A stretch of DNA of 64,000 bases from a bacterium. Its GTDB lineage: Bacteria; UBA8248. The stretch covers positions 1,152,001 through 1,216,000 of the forward strand of contig CBDCRP010000002.1 of the NCBI GenBank assembly GCA_965221165.1, read 5' to 3'. Positions 53,525 through 62,648 of the stretch are shown here, in pieces (position 1 is the first letter of the stretch; every line of letters begins with the position of its first letter). The notes beneath the pieces are model-generated. The model was not told the DNA's origin. It worked only from the letters and a program-made list of their open reading frames with translations, and did not search any database. The translations under genes and the position numbers were made by a program.

Positions 53525-53917
53525 ATGAATCGAATCATCATCACGGTGCGGGACGAGGTCGGGGTTATCGCGGATATCAGCAAGGCGCTGGCCGATGAGT
53601 CCATCAACATAGAAGCCTTGAACACCGAGGTCGCAGGCGAGAAGGGCGTCGTCATTCTCACTACGAACGAGTCCGACCGCGCCCTGCACGTACTCAAGAA
53701 CGCGGGTTTTCGGGCCGTCTCCGATGAGGCTATGATCATCAGGCTGCGCGACGAACCGGGGGCTCTCGCCAAAGTGGCCGAGAAATTCAAGATCGCCGGC
53801 GTGAACATCCAGAGCATGCACATACTGAACCGCCATGCCGGCTATGCGAACGTCGCCCTGACCGCGGATGATGAGGCGAGAGCAAAAGCGCTGCTCGAGG
53901 ACGAGGACGTTCTCTGA
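53525..53917 (+). CDS. Tandem ACT-domain protein
   Basis: Two repeats, DEVGVIADI..INI and DEPGALAKV..GVNI; RBS GAGGAGG. Confidence 0.85.
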   Translation: MNRIIITVRDEVGVIADISKALADESINIEALNTEVAGEKGVVILTTNESDRALHVLKNAGFRAVSDEAMIIRLRDEPGALAKVAEKFKIAGVNIQSMHILNRHAGYANVALTADDEARAKALLEDEDVL

Positions 53918-54013
53918 ACATCCTCGCAAGAGGAATACCCAAAGCGCGGCCTCTAAAATTACTCCCCCCTTGAGAGTCGAGCATCTCCGGGGAGGAGAAT
54001 TTGCAATGGTTTT

Positions 54014-54041
54014 GTAGGGACAGGTCGCGACCTGTCCCTAC
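54014..54041. repeat. GTAG-type REP-like perfect palindrome
   Basis: GTAGGGACAGGTCGCGACCTGTCCCTAC (28 bp, self-complementary). Confidence 0.8.
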
Positions 54042-54113
54042 GATTTCCGAATCCGCCATAGGCCGAACTGAAGGTTGCCGTCATTCCCTATTTGGAGCGT
54101 AGGGACCGCATAC

Positions 54114-54302
54114 AGGACTGTTGGAAATTCCCCGTTTTAGGGGGTAGAGGGGACACCCCTCTCGACTGGAAAAGCAACCCCCCTGTCCCCCCTTGTCAGG
54201 GGGGTAAAGGCGATGCCCCCCGACGAGGAGGTGGAAGAAAAGCCCCCCTGACAAGGGGGGTCGGGGGGTTATTCCCTTGACAAAGGCTTTTTCAACAATT
54301 CC
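54114..54302. mobile_element. MITE-like element with nested inverted repeats
   Basis: Imperfect termini GGACTGTTGGAAA / TTTTTCAACAATTCC enclosing a ~28 bp IR pair at 54176-54204 and 54243-54270. Confidence 0.5.
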
Positions 54303-54373
54303 GATGAGGAAGCAATTGAAATGTCGTAAACGAGGATAACAGCAATCGGAATTCCTCCTTCTTCAGTCGGAAT

Positions 54374-55243
54374 TCACCCCGCCAGGATCAGCAAGACGAT
54401 TCCCGCCAGAATCACCATTCCCCCCAATAGGGTTTCGCGAACGCGCTCGCGCTCCTTGAAAAAGACGTAGCCGATGCCGATGGCCAGGAGAATCTCGACC
54501 TGCTTCACCGATTCCACGTAGGAGATGAGCGTGAGGCGGAAGGCCTCCGCCTGTGCGAGGCTCGCGATGAAGGCGAACAGTCCCAGGGACACGAAGCCCT
54601 TCCAGAGTTTGGGCACGCTCTTGAAGTGCTCGGCGGATTTCCACAGGGTCAGCGGCAACACGACGACCGTCGCCGCCGCATAGGTAATGAGCGTGCCGAA
54701 AGCCGCGTCTGATAGCACCGCCGCCTGCTTGAAGGTGATCACCGAGGTTGGGTACAGCAGCGAGGCGAGCACGGTGTAGCGCATCCCCTTGTCGGTGAAG
54801 ATGGCGCGAACAGGCTCGAACCAGCCGATTCGCGCGCGCGAGACGTTCAGCCCGTAGACGCCCGCCAGGGTGACCAGGATGCCCACGAGCCCCCAGGCCG
54901 AGGGCGCCTCGCCCAGCGTGATGAAAGCGAGCACCACCAGCCATATGGTCGCGAGCTTCCACAGCGATGTCACCACGCCCATCGAACCGTACAAGAGCGC
55001 CTTCGAGAGCGAGAGCGTGGCCATGGTCTGCAGGAAGCCGAACAGTACGCAAAACCACCAGAAGCCGGGCTGTATCTCGGGCGCGCCCCTCAACCACACC
55101 GCCAGGGCCGCGAAGGGGAGCAGGAACGCGAACCGCCCCAGCACGTTGATGTACTCATCGAGCTTGTGGCCGATGGATTTCATCGCCGCGTTTCGCAAGA
55201 CCTGCGCGAGAGCTGCGATAACGGCAAGCGTCACCCAGTCCAA
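54374..55243 (-). CDS. DMT/EamA family transporter
   Basis: 289 aa, about 10 TM helices in two repeats; LGE and FFKE loop motifs. Confidence 0.82.
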   Translation of the reverse strand: MDWVTLAVIAALAQVLRNAAMKSIGHKLDEYINVLGRFAFLLPFAALAVWLRGAPEIQPGFWWFCVLFGFLQTMATLSLSKALLYGSMGVVTSLWKLATIWLVVLAFITLGEAPSAWGLVGILVTLAGVYGLNVSRARIGWFEPVRAIFTDKGMRYTVLASLLYPTSVITFKQAAVLSDAAFGTLITYAAATVVVLPLTLWKSAEHFKSVPKLWKGFVSLGLFAFIASLAQAEAFRLTLISYVESVKQVEILLAIGIGYVFFKERERVRETLLGGMVILAGIVLLILAG

Positions 55244-55454
55244 TTCATACTCCTTTGACCCTTTGCCACGTAAAAGCCAGCGCCTTTTCTACGCGCACTT
55301 CAGGCCTAAGTCCAACGGCGACGGGATTTCACGACTCTTGCGCCCAAAAGCCCTACTAAAGCAAACCTGAAATCCCCTCTCCCATCTGACACGGCCGCGC
55401 GCGGTATGCTAATCTGGCGATGGTTATCCGTTCCCCTGAAAGGAGCCTCGCATC

Positions 55455-56483
55455 ATGATTCGCGACGACGTATTCGTCTTCGACAACGTGGTGCACATGT
55501 ACGACTACTCGGATGAGAACCTCATTTCCGAGAAGAGCGAATACGACCGCCACTACCACGTGAGCAAGGCGCTGCGCAGAAGGCGGACCGCGCCCACCGA
55601 CGTCTACGCGGGCTGGGACCCGGTGGAGGGCTTCAAGCGCCGCTGGAGCGTCGAGGATATGGGCCGCCTCGTTTTTGAGGATTCGGGCACCGATATGGCG
55701 ATGGCCCAGGCCGTGCCCCTGTTCGACCTCTACAAGGACGGCTTTGCGCCCGTGAAGGCGCAGTACGCCTTCGCGCAGGCGTTTCCGGAACGCTGCCTGT
55801 TCTGCGGGGCCGTGGACCCCATGTACCCGAGCGTGGCCGCCGCGTGTGAGGAGATGGAGCGCCAGGTGAAGGAGTGGGGGGCGAAATCCATGAAAATCTA
55901 CAACGCCCACGTGGACGGGAAATCCTGGGCGTGCGACGACCCCGAAATCGCCTACCCCCTGTATGAGAAAGGGCGCGAACTGGGGATCAAAGTCTTTCAG
56001 TTCCACAAGGGAAACCCCATCACGCGGGCGAAGCTGCGCGACTTGTCACCACTCGACATCGAGGGCGCGGCCCTCGATTTTCCGGATCTGCTCTTCGGCG
56101 TCCATCATCTGGCGGTGCCCTATTTCGAGGAAGTCGTCTGGATGGCGAACCGCTACGAGAACGTATTCCTCGTGCTCTCGGGCATCGGCCACACGCCCAT
56201 GATCGCGCCCAGAACCTTCACCGAATGGATGGGCAGGCTCCTGCGCGACGTGGGTTCCGAGAGAGTTCTCTGGGGTTCCGAGATGGCGCTTCTGGGTAAC
56301 GCGAAGCCCGTCCTCGAATGGATATGGGAGATGGAAATCCCGGAATCCATGCAGGATGACTACGGCTATCCGCAAATTACCGAAGAGGACAAGCGAAACA
56401 TCCTGGGCCTGAACCAGGCGCGTATCTTCGGCGTTGACGTGGAGGCCAAGAAACGAGAGCTTTGGAACGGAGCAGCCCGATGA
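55455..56483 (+). CDS. Amidohydrolase family 2 protein
   Basis: DNVVH, KIY, FHKG, DFPDL..GVHH, LWGSE, ILGLN.AR motifs. Confidence 0.85.
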   Translation: MIRDDVFVFDNVVHMYDYSDENLISEKSEYDRHYHVSKALRRRRTAPTDVYAGWDPVEGFKRRWSVEDMGRLVFEDSGTDMAMAQAVPLFDLYKDGFAPVKAQYAFAQAFPERCLFCGAVDPMYPSVAAACEEMERQVKEWGAKSMKIYNAHVDGKSWACDDPEIAYPLYEKGRELGIKVFQFHKGNPITRAKLRDLSPLDIEGAALDFPDLLFGVHHLAVPYFEEVVWMANRYENVFLVLSGIGHTPMIAPRTFTEWMGRLLRDVGSERVLWGSEMALLGNAKPVLEWIWEMEIPESMQDDYGYPQITEEDKRNILGLNQARIFGVDVEAKKRELWNGAAR

Positions 56484-56818
56484 ACGAGCACGACGCCCTT
56501 ATCACCGACGTCGAGGACATCATCGAGACGCAGATTCGCCCGCTTCTCAAGATTCACGGCGGCGGCATCACGCTCGATCGCGTGAGCGAAAAAGGCGAAG
56601 TCTCGCTTCGCTTCGAGGGCGCGTGCCGAGGCTGCATGCTCAAGAGCGTCACCTACGCCCTGGGCGTGCGGCAAAAGCTCATGCAGCACCCCGGCGTTAC
56701 GGACGTTTCCGTCGAGGGCGTTCGCATCTCGGATCACGCCATCAAACGGGTGGAGAAATTCTACTCCGGCTATTCGTTTTGGGTGGGGCATCCGCTCAAA
56801 GACCAATCATCGTCTTGA
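56480..56818 (+). CDS. NifU/Nfu C-terminal domain protein
   Basis: IRPLLKIHGGGI...FEGACRGC; ATGA overlap with the amidohydrolase. Confidence 0.85.
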   Translation: MNEHDALITDVEDIIETQIRPLLKIHGGGITLDRVSEKGEVSLRFEGACRGCMLKSVTYALGVRQKLMQHPGVTDVSVEGVRISDHAIKRVEKFYSGYSFWVGHPLKDQSSS

Positions 56819-56835
56819 TCGCCTCGCGCCACCAG

Positions 56836-58104
56836 ATGAGAAAAGAACTGCGCCTGTGGTACGGGTGGGTGATCCTCCTCAGTGTCTTCATCATCCTGAC
56901 GGTAGTCATCGGCATCAGAAATTCCCTCGGCGTCTTCTTCAAGGACATCGCCGGCGAGTTCGGCTGGAACCGCGCGCAGACGGCCGCCGCCTTCACCATG
57001 GGCATGCTCGGCCAGGCGATTGTGGCGCCCTTCGCGGGCTGGGTGCTCGAGCGCTTCAACATGCGCTGGGTGATCGGGGCGGGCATTTTCGTGAACGGGG
57101 CGGCGCTCATCATCGGGGCCTACATCGACGCGCTCTGGCATTTTTACGCCATGTATTTTCTGCTCTCGCTGGGCTTCGCCTTCACGGCCAACCTGCCGCA
57201 GGTGCAACTGCTCTCGAACTGGTTCGTCTTGAAGCGTGGACTCGCCATGGGCTTCTCGCACGCCGCTCAGGGCTTCGCGCCCATCCTGAACATCTTCACC
57301 CCGCTGCTCATCATGAGCCTCGGCTGGCGGGGGAGCTATCTCGCGCTGGCGGGTATTGTACTTCTTCTCGTGTTGCCCTTCGCCGTGACTCTGCTGCGCG
57401 ACCACCCCAGAGAGAAGCGCACCGCTCCCGACGCGCCCTTTTTAACATCCGAGGAGTTCTCCCGCGCTCGCGCCAGAAGCGCCGTCATCGTTCCTTCGGG
57501 TAAAGAAACAGAAACCGGCTATTTCTCTTTTTTCTTCACCCGCAGGTTCATGCTTATCGGCGGGGCATTCGGCAGCATCGCCTACATCTTCACCGCCGTA
57601 TTGGTGCACCTGATCCCCCATGCGACGGACCAGGGCTTCTCTCCCTCGGGGGGCGCCGCGCTCTTCGCCTTGTATGGAGCGGCTCTCGTCGTGGGGAACG
57701 GGCTGAGCGCGATATCCGATCGCATCGGGAGACTCCCAACCTACATGGTGGGCGTGGTGTGCGGCGTGGCCGCGAGTTATCTCCTGGCCGCCTTCACGCG
57801 CGCATCACCCGAGTGGCGGATATACGCGGGCGCGATGGGGTTGGGCTTTGCTCTCGGTTTTGTCCGGCCCACGGCGTCCTCTTTGCTGGCGGATCATTTC
57901 GCGGGGCCGGGCTTCGGACTGGTGAACGGATGCGCGATGATGGTCTTCTCCCTCATAGGCGCTCTCGGCCCCCTCGTGACGGGGATGCTCTTCGACGCGA
58001 GCGGAAACTACTACGCGGGCTTTCTCCTCTTGGGCGGCATGTTCATCGCGGGCTCAATTTTCGTCCTGGGTCTCTCGCGCATGCCGCGGGAAGAGCGCGG
58101 CTAG
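56836..58104 (+). CDS. MFS transporter, paralog 1
   Basis: WYGWVI, EFGWNRA, NWFV.KRGLA and SDRIGR motifs; start trimmed to ATG 56836. Confidence 0.88.
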   Translation: MRKELRLWYGWVILLSVFIILTVVIGIRNSLGVFFKDIAGEFGWNRAQTAAAFTMGMLGQAIVAPFAGWVLERFNMRWVIGAGIFVNGAALIIGAYIDALWHFYAMYFLLSLGFAFTANLPQVQLLSNWFVLKRGLAMGFSHAAQGFAPILNIFTPLLIMSLGWRGSYLALAGIVLLLVLPFAVTLLRDHPREKRTAPDAPFLTSEEFSRARARSAVIVPSGKETETGYFSFFFTRRFMLIGGAFGSIAYIFTAVLVHLIPHATDQGFSPSGGAALFALYGAALVVGNGLSAISDRIGRLPTYMVGVVCGVAASYLLAAFTRASPEWRIYAGAMGLGFALGFVRPTASSLLADHFAGPGFGLVNGCAMMVFSLIGALGPLVTGMLFDASGNYYAGFLLLGGMFIAGSIFVLGLSRMPREERG

Positions 58105-58117
58105 CACGTTGACTCCC

Positions 58118-59383
58118 ATGCGAGACGAATCGCGCCTCTGGTACGGCTGGGTGGTTCTGGCCGTTGTCTACCTCGTCATGATCTCGCTCATCGCCTTTCG
58201 CGCCACCATCGGGCCCTTCTTCAAGGAAATTTCGGGCGAGTTGGGCTGGAGCCGCGGGGCGACGGCGGCGGCGTTTTCCATCGGCATGCTGGCCCAGGCC
58301 GTCATCTCGCCGCTGGCGGGTATTCTCTCCGACCGCTGGAGCATCCGTGCCACGATGTCTGCGGGCGTTCTGGTGTTCGGCCTTTCCTTGCTCATCGGAA
58401 GCTGGATCACCTCGCTATGGCAGTTTTATCTCATGTATATCGGCCTGTGCGCGGGCTTCGCTGCGGGCACGTGGGTCGCCCAGCTGCCCACGCTGTCGAA
58501 CTGGTTCGTGAAAAAAAGAGGGTTCGCCTTAGGCATCGTCAACACGGCGCAGGGCGGCGCTTTCGTCTTGAACATCGCTACCCCATATCTTATCGCGGCC
58601 CTGGGCTGGCGGATGAGCTATCTGGCGCTGGCGGGGATGGTTTTGCTGATCGTGCTTCCCATCTGCATCGTGTTTCACAGAGACCACCCATCGGATATAG
58701 GCACCATCGCCGATGCCCCCTTCGTTGGGGACGCGCCGGATGAGAAACCACCGAAACCAACGCCTCCATCATCCGGCAATCCGCAGGTCCCTTTATTCAA
58801 CCTGCCGTTTTTCTTATTTCTAGGCTCGTTTCTGCCCATGGCGTACGCCTTTTCGGGCATGCTCGTCCATCTGGTGCCTCACGCCACGGACCAGGGATTC
58901 TCGCTCCAGACCGCAAGCGTCTTGTTCGCCATATGGGGATTCTGCCAGATGGCGGCGAACCTCATCAGCCCGGTTTCCGACAGGCTTGGCCGAGTGCCGA
59001 CGTTCATGATCGGCGTCGTCTTGGGAATCTTCTCCGCCTTCGTTCTGGCCACATACGAACAGGGCGACCCTGAAATCCGCTTCTACCTGGGGACGATAAC
59101 CAACGGCGCCGCCCTGGGCCTCATGCGGCCCACCGGCTCGGCCATCCTGGCGGATTATTTCGAAGGACCGGGCTTCGGGCGCGTAAACGGGGTGGTGATG
59201 ATGGGCTTCGCCCTATGGGGTTCGGCGGGGCCTTGGGCCACGGGCGCCCTGTACGATCTGCACGGCTCCTATCTGTGGGGCTTGTCGATACTCGCGCTCA
59301 TGTTTTTTCTCTGCGGCGTCTTCGTATTGTTACTCGGGTGGATAAAACGAGATAAGAGAGGGGAATCTCCCGCTGAATCATAA
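58118..59383 (+). CDS. MFS transporter, paralog 2
   Basis: Colinear with paralog 1 (WYGWVV, NWFVKKRG, SDRLGR, GPGFG.VNG). Confidence 0.88.
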   Translation: MRDESRLWYGWVVLAVVYLVMISLIAFRATIGPFFKEISGELGWSRGATAAAFSIGMLAQAVISPLAGILSDRWSIRATMSAGVLVFGLSLLIGSWITSLWQFYLMYIGLCAGFAAGTWVAQLPTLSNWFVKKRGFALGIVNTAQGGAFVLNIATPYLIAALGWRMSYLALAGMVLLIVLPICIVFHRDHPSDIGTIADAPFVGDAPDEKPPKPTPPSSGNPQVPLFNLPFFLFLGSFLPMAYAFSGMLVHLVPHATDQGFSLQTASVLFAIWGFCQMAANLISPVSDRLGRVPTFMIGVVLGIFSAFVLATYEQGDPEIRFYLGTITNGAALGLMRPTGSAILADYFEGPGFGRVNGVVMMGFALWGSAGPWATGALYDLHGSYLWGLSILALMFFLCGVFVLLLGWIKRDKRGESPAES

Positions 59384-59405
59384 AACCACGAATTCGAGGA
59401 TAAGT

Positions 59406-60310
59406 ATGCCGCTAGAAAAAGTCGATGGATTCTATTTTCACCCCGACTCGCGCGATCGCGTCCTGGCGCAGCGCCACGCGGACAGGGCCAAAACGCCCTG
59501 GACGCCGATGGAAAAACCGCTCGAACAATGCAAGGTCACCTTGGTCTCCACGGCCGGCATCTTCATGAAAGACGACGTTTCTTTCGATTATGAAAGAGAA
59601 CACCGCGAGGGCGCCTGGGGCGACCCCACCCACCGGGAGATTCCCAAAACGGCGGGGCAGCACGACGTGTCGTATTCCCACCTGCACGTCGACACCTCGT
59701 TCATGGCCGAGGACAGAAACGTGGCCTGGCCGGTCGACATCTTTCTCGATTTCGAGAGGGAGGGGAAAATCGGCGCGCTGGCCGATACGCTGTATTCCAT
59801 CATGGGCTACATCCCGAACTTCAACCCGCTGGTGAAGCGCACAGCGCCCCTGATGATCGAAAAGATGAAGGACGAGGGCGTGGACGCGGCTTTTCTCTAC
59901 CCGGTCTGACCCTTGTGCAACCGGTCCGGCGGACTGCTTCAGCGAGAAATCGAAAAGGCGGGAATTCCACCGTCATCATCTCCAACGTGCCCGAGACCAC
60001 CGAGCGCGTCTGCGTGCCCAGAGCGGTGTTCGTCCAATATCCCTTCGGACGTCAACTGGGCCTCGTGGGCGATTACGACGGCCAGCGCCGGATTTGCGAG
60101 GACATGGCGACGGTGCTGGAAGCAGCGCAGTCGCCCAACGCCTATCGGCACCTGCCCCATGAGTGGCCCGAGCCGCCCGAGACCACCAAATGGCGTCCGG
60201 ACGTGCCGCCTCCCATCTTCGCCATCCGGCAGGCCAAAGAGGGTGGACACAATCTGATGGATGATTTCAAGGACGAAGAGCGGGCCGCGTATTCGGACAC
60301 CAGTCGCTAG
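59406..60310 (+). CDS. PrdB/GrdB-like (proline/glycine reductase selenoprotein B family) protein with in-frame UGA and an apparent 1-nt frameshift
   Basis: KPL..CKV.LVSTAG, GDPT.REIP, D.NV..P, MGY, GVDAAFLYPV-U-PLC; continues REIEKAGI then shifts frame at ~59967 into TVIIS...PRAVFV.YPFG..LG. Confidence 0.75.
59922..59936 (+). promoter_or_regulatory. Putative bacterial SECIS hairpin
   Basis: CGGTCC-GGC-GGACTG; loop G is 19 nt after the UGA. Confidence 0.55.
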
Positions 60311-60320
60311 CCGAACGCCC

Positions 60321-60355
60321 GGAGCGCGCCGTCGGCCTTACCGCGCGCTCCTTTT
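60321..60355 (+). terminator. Putative Rho-independent terminator
   Basis: GGAGCGCG...CGCGCTCC followed by TTTT. Confidence 0.5.
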
Positions 60356-60367
60356 ATGACCCTCAAA

Positions 60368-61777
60368 TTACGCTTTTTCCAGCCTGGCGAAATTAAGATA
60401 AAACCGCCCGTCCATCTCCGTGCGCGAGAGCGTTTGCGCGAAACCTTTCGATTCCACCCGGTAGACCTGCTCTTTTCCTCGCGCTCTGGGCATTTTGATG
60501 AGCGCCTCTCCATCGAGGCCCTTGGGCATCTTTTTCCCCATCAGGGAGAGTATGGTGGGGGCCAGATCGACGTTGCCCGTCGGCGCATCCACCCGCGCGC
60601 CCGTCTGAAAGACAGGGCCTTCGGCAATCAGGAAATTACATAACTCATACGGGCTGCACGAGCCGTGCGTTCCGCCGCTTCCCTTGTTGTTGACCGACGA
60701 ATATCCCCAACCCGGGAGCGCGCCTGTGCGCTTCTCGCCTCGCAGGAAGCCGTCGCCCCACTGAAAACCCATGAGCAAATCGGGCGCTCGGGGGCCGCCG
60801 CAACCCACTAGCCTTAAGGACATCGTTCCCGGCGGCGCGCCCTCGGCTCCTTCTCCATCTTTTGAGAACAAAGGCCCCGCCCAGTCCTTGGTGCGCAGAA
60901 ACGCGACAAGTTCCAAAAGCGTTTTTTCCGATTCGGCGTAAAAAAGGGCGGCTCCCTCGCTGTGCGCCAACTGCCAACTCTCACCGCGACCCGGGAGGTC
61001 TGCGAGTTCGGCTTCCAAATCGATCATTCCCGCCGTCTCCACCACCCCGTGATCCGAGAACAAAAGAAGATTCGTCTGCAATGAATCATCGCGCTCTTTT
61101 CTCAGCCTCTCCCAGAACGCGCCGAACAACCGATCCACGCCCGTAAGAGCCTCGCGATGTACGGCCCCGGCGGCGCCCTGGTGATGCTGGGTGCTGTCCG
61201 GCTCGCTCAGGTGAACCACGAGCACGGCAGGTTCTAATTTGGGAATCACGTAATCGAGCGCGAAATCGAGCGCCCACGCGCAGCGCGCAAGGTCGGGTTC
61301 ACCGGCGGCGGGAATTTCTCCCGCTTCTTCGATTTTTCCGCGCCATTCGGCGGGATGCGTCGCCTCTGGTTGGATCAGACATGCGGGCTGGCCCGCGTTC
61401 CAAAGCCAGGCGGAGCCGCTCGACGCAGCACTGATGATGACGCCGCCGCCGAGACGCTCGAAAAAAGTGTCCCGCAAGAGCAGCCGCCCGCCCAGGGCGC
61501 GCTCCCAGGCGAGGAGGCTCTCGTAGCGGCCCGTGGTGATGGTTTCGCCCAACTCGCGCGCGAAGAGTGAATTGCCCGGCAGGCCGTGCTTTTGGGGGTA
61601 GACGCCGGTGGCGAGGCTTGAGACGCAAACCCGGGTCGAGGTGGGAAACGTGCTGCGGTGATTCTGAAGCCACATGCCTCGCTCCGCCGCCGCCAGGAGA
61701 TTCGGCGTGGTCTTTTCGCTCAGAGCGTCGGCGCGCAGACCATCGAACTGAATCGCGATGACTCGTGGCGAGGTCAT
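60368..61777 (-). CDS. Alkaline phosphatase superfamily nucleotide pyrophosphatase/phosphodiesterase-like protein
   Basis: FDGLRAD, FPTST (Thr nucleophile), EPDSTQH, SDHG, THG, DLAPT motifs. Confidence 0.85.
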   Translation of the reverse strand: MTSPRVIAIQFDGLRADALSEKTTPNLLAAAERGMWLQNHRSTFPTSTRVCVSSLATGVYPQKHGLPGNSLFARELGETITTGRYESLLAWERALGGRLLLRDTFFERLGGGVIISAASSGSAWLWNAGQPACLIQPEATHPAEWRGKIEEAGEIPAAGEPDLARCAWALDFALDYVIPKLEPAVLVVHLSEPDSTQHHQGAAGAVHREALTGVDRLFGAFWERLRKERDDSLQTNLLLFSDHGVVETAGMIDLEAELADLPGRGESWQLAHSEGAALFYAESEKTLLELVAFLRTKDWAGPLFSKDGEGAEGAPPGTMSLRLVGCGGPRAPDLLMGFQWGDGFLRGEKRTGALPGWGYSSVNNKGSGGTHGSCSPYELCNFLIAEGPVFQTGARVDAPTGNVDLAPTILSLMGKKMPKGLDGEALIKMPRARGKEQVYRVESKGFAQTLSRTEMDGRFYLNFARLEKA

Positions 61778-61793
61778 CCGTTCCTCATCCTAC

Positions 61794-61826
61794 AAACGAA
61801 AAGCGGCGGGAGCTTACCCCCGCCGC
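61794..61826 (-). terminator. Rho-independent terminator after the nitrile hydratase alpha gene
   Basis: Minus strand GCGGCGGG...CCCGCCGC followed by TTTTCGTTTG. Confidence 0.65.
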
Positions 61827-61847
61827 CTGGAAAGCTAGAATACGCGA

Positions 61848-62627
61848 TCAGGTGGCCTGTTCCGCCGCCTGCGTGGCTTTTTCGAGTTCCTCGGGCGTTA
61901 AGGGATCACCCACGCCGATCATCGAATCCCGCGTTACGAGTTGGAAGAGTTGCGCTTCGCTCCAGTCTTCGGTTCCCTTCGGACGCTGGGGGATGATGAG
62001 ATAGCGGCAATCCGCGTTCGAGTCGATGACGATGAGTTCCACGTCATCGGGCGCCTCGAAGCCCATGTCCTTTAAGGTACCCCTCGGGTCCGTCACGGCT
62101 TTCGAGCGATAGGGGAAGCTCTTGTACCAGGTGGGGGGCTGTCCGAGGATTTGCCTCGGGTAGCACGAACACAGCGTGCACACCACCATGTAGCGGGTCG
62201 AATCGGTATTATCGAGAGCCACCACGCGGTTGATACCCGAGGTGTCGACGCCCATTTCGGAACAGGCGGCGTCCGCGTCCGCCAGGAGCCTTTCCTTGAA
62301 GCCCTCATCCACCCAGGCGCGCGCGATGATGCGCGAACCAATGGCGGGGCTTTGGCCGTAAATCTCCTCCACCGCGCGCCTCATCTCATCGGTCGTGAGA
62401 ATGCCCTTCTCGCGGAGGACGTTCATCAGAGCCATCATGCGCACCTGGTAGTAGTCCAGATCGTGCTCGACCTGGGTCACGGCCCCCTCGCGGTAGGCGT
62501 CGTCGGACTGCATTCGCGCGTTGTGCGCCGAGGGGTCCTGGCTATAGGTGTGAGGATGATCGCCGTGGTGGTGAGTATGTCCGTTGTGATGATCGTGAGA
62601 GTGCGCCATGTTGTGCTCCTCGCTCAC
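61848..62627 (-). CDS. Cobalt-type nitrile hydratase alpha / thiocyanate hydrolase gamma-like subunit, His-rich N-terminus
   Basis: VVCTLCSCYP metal motif, ARAWVD..FK, WYKS..YRS, RY.IIP.RP, VTRDSMIG. Confidence 0.9.
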   Translation of the reverse strand: MSEEHNMAHSHDHHNGHTHHHGDHPHTYSQDPSAHNARMQSDDAYREGAVTQVEHDLDYYQVRMMALMNVLREKGILTTDEMRRAVEEIYGQSPAIGSRIIARAWVDEGFKERLLADADAACSEMGVDTSGINRVVALDNTDSTRYMVVCTLCSCYPRQILGQPPTWYKSFPYRSKAVTDPRGTLKDMGFEAPDDVELIVIDSNADCRYLIIPQRPKGTEDWSEAQLFQLVTRDSMIGVGDPLTPEELEKATQAAEQAT

Positions 62628-62648
62628 AGGGGAGCCGGTGGATTCACC

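Noticed and set aside
56434-56835. Long N-terminal extension of the first MFS ORF
   Set aside because: It is an alternative frame over the NifU-like gene; the paralog shows the start is near 56836
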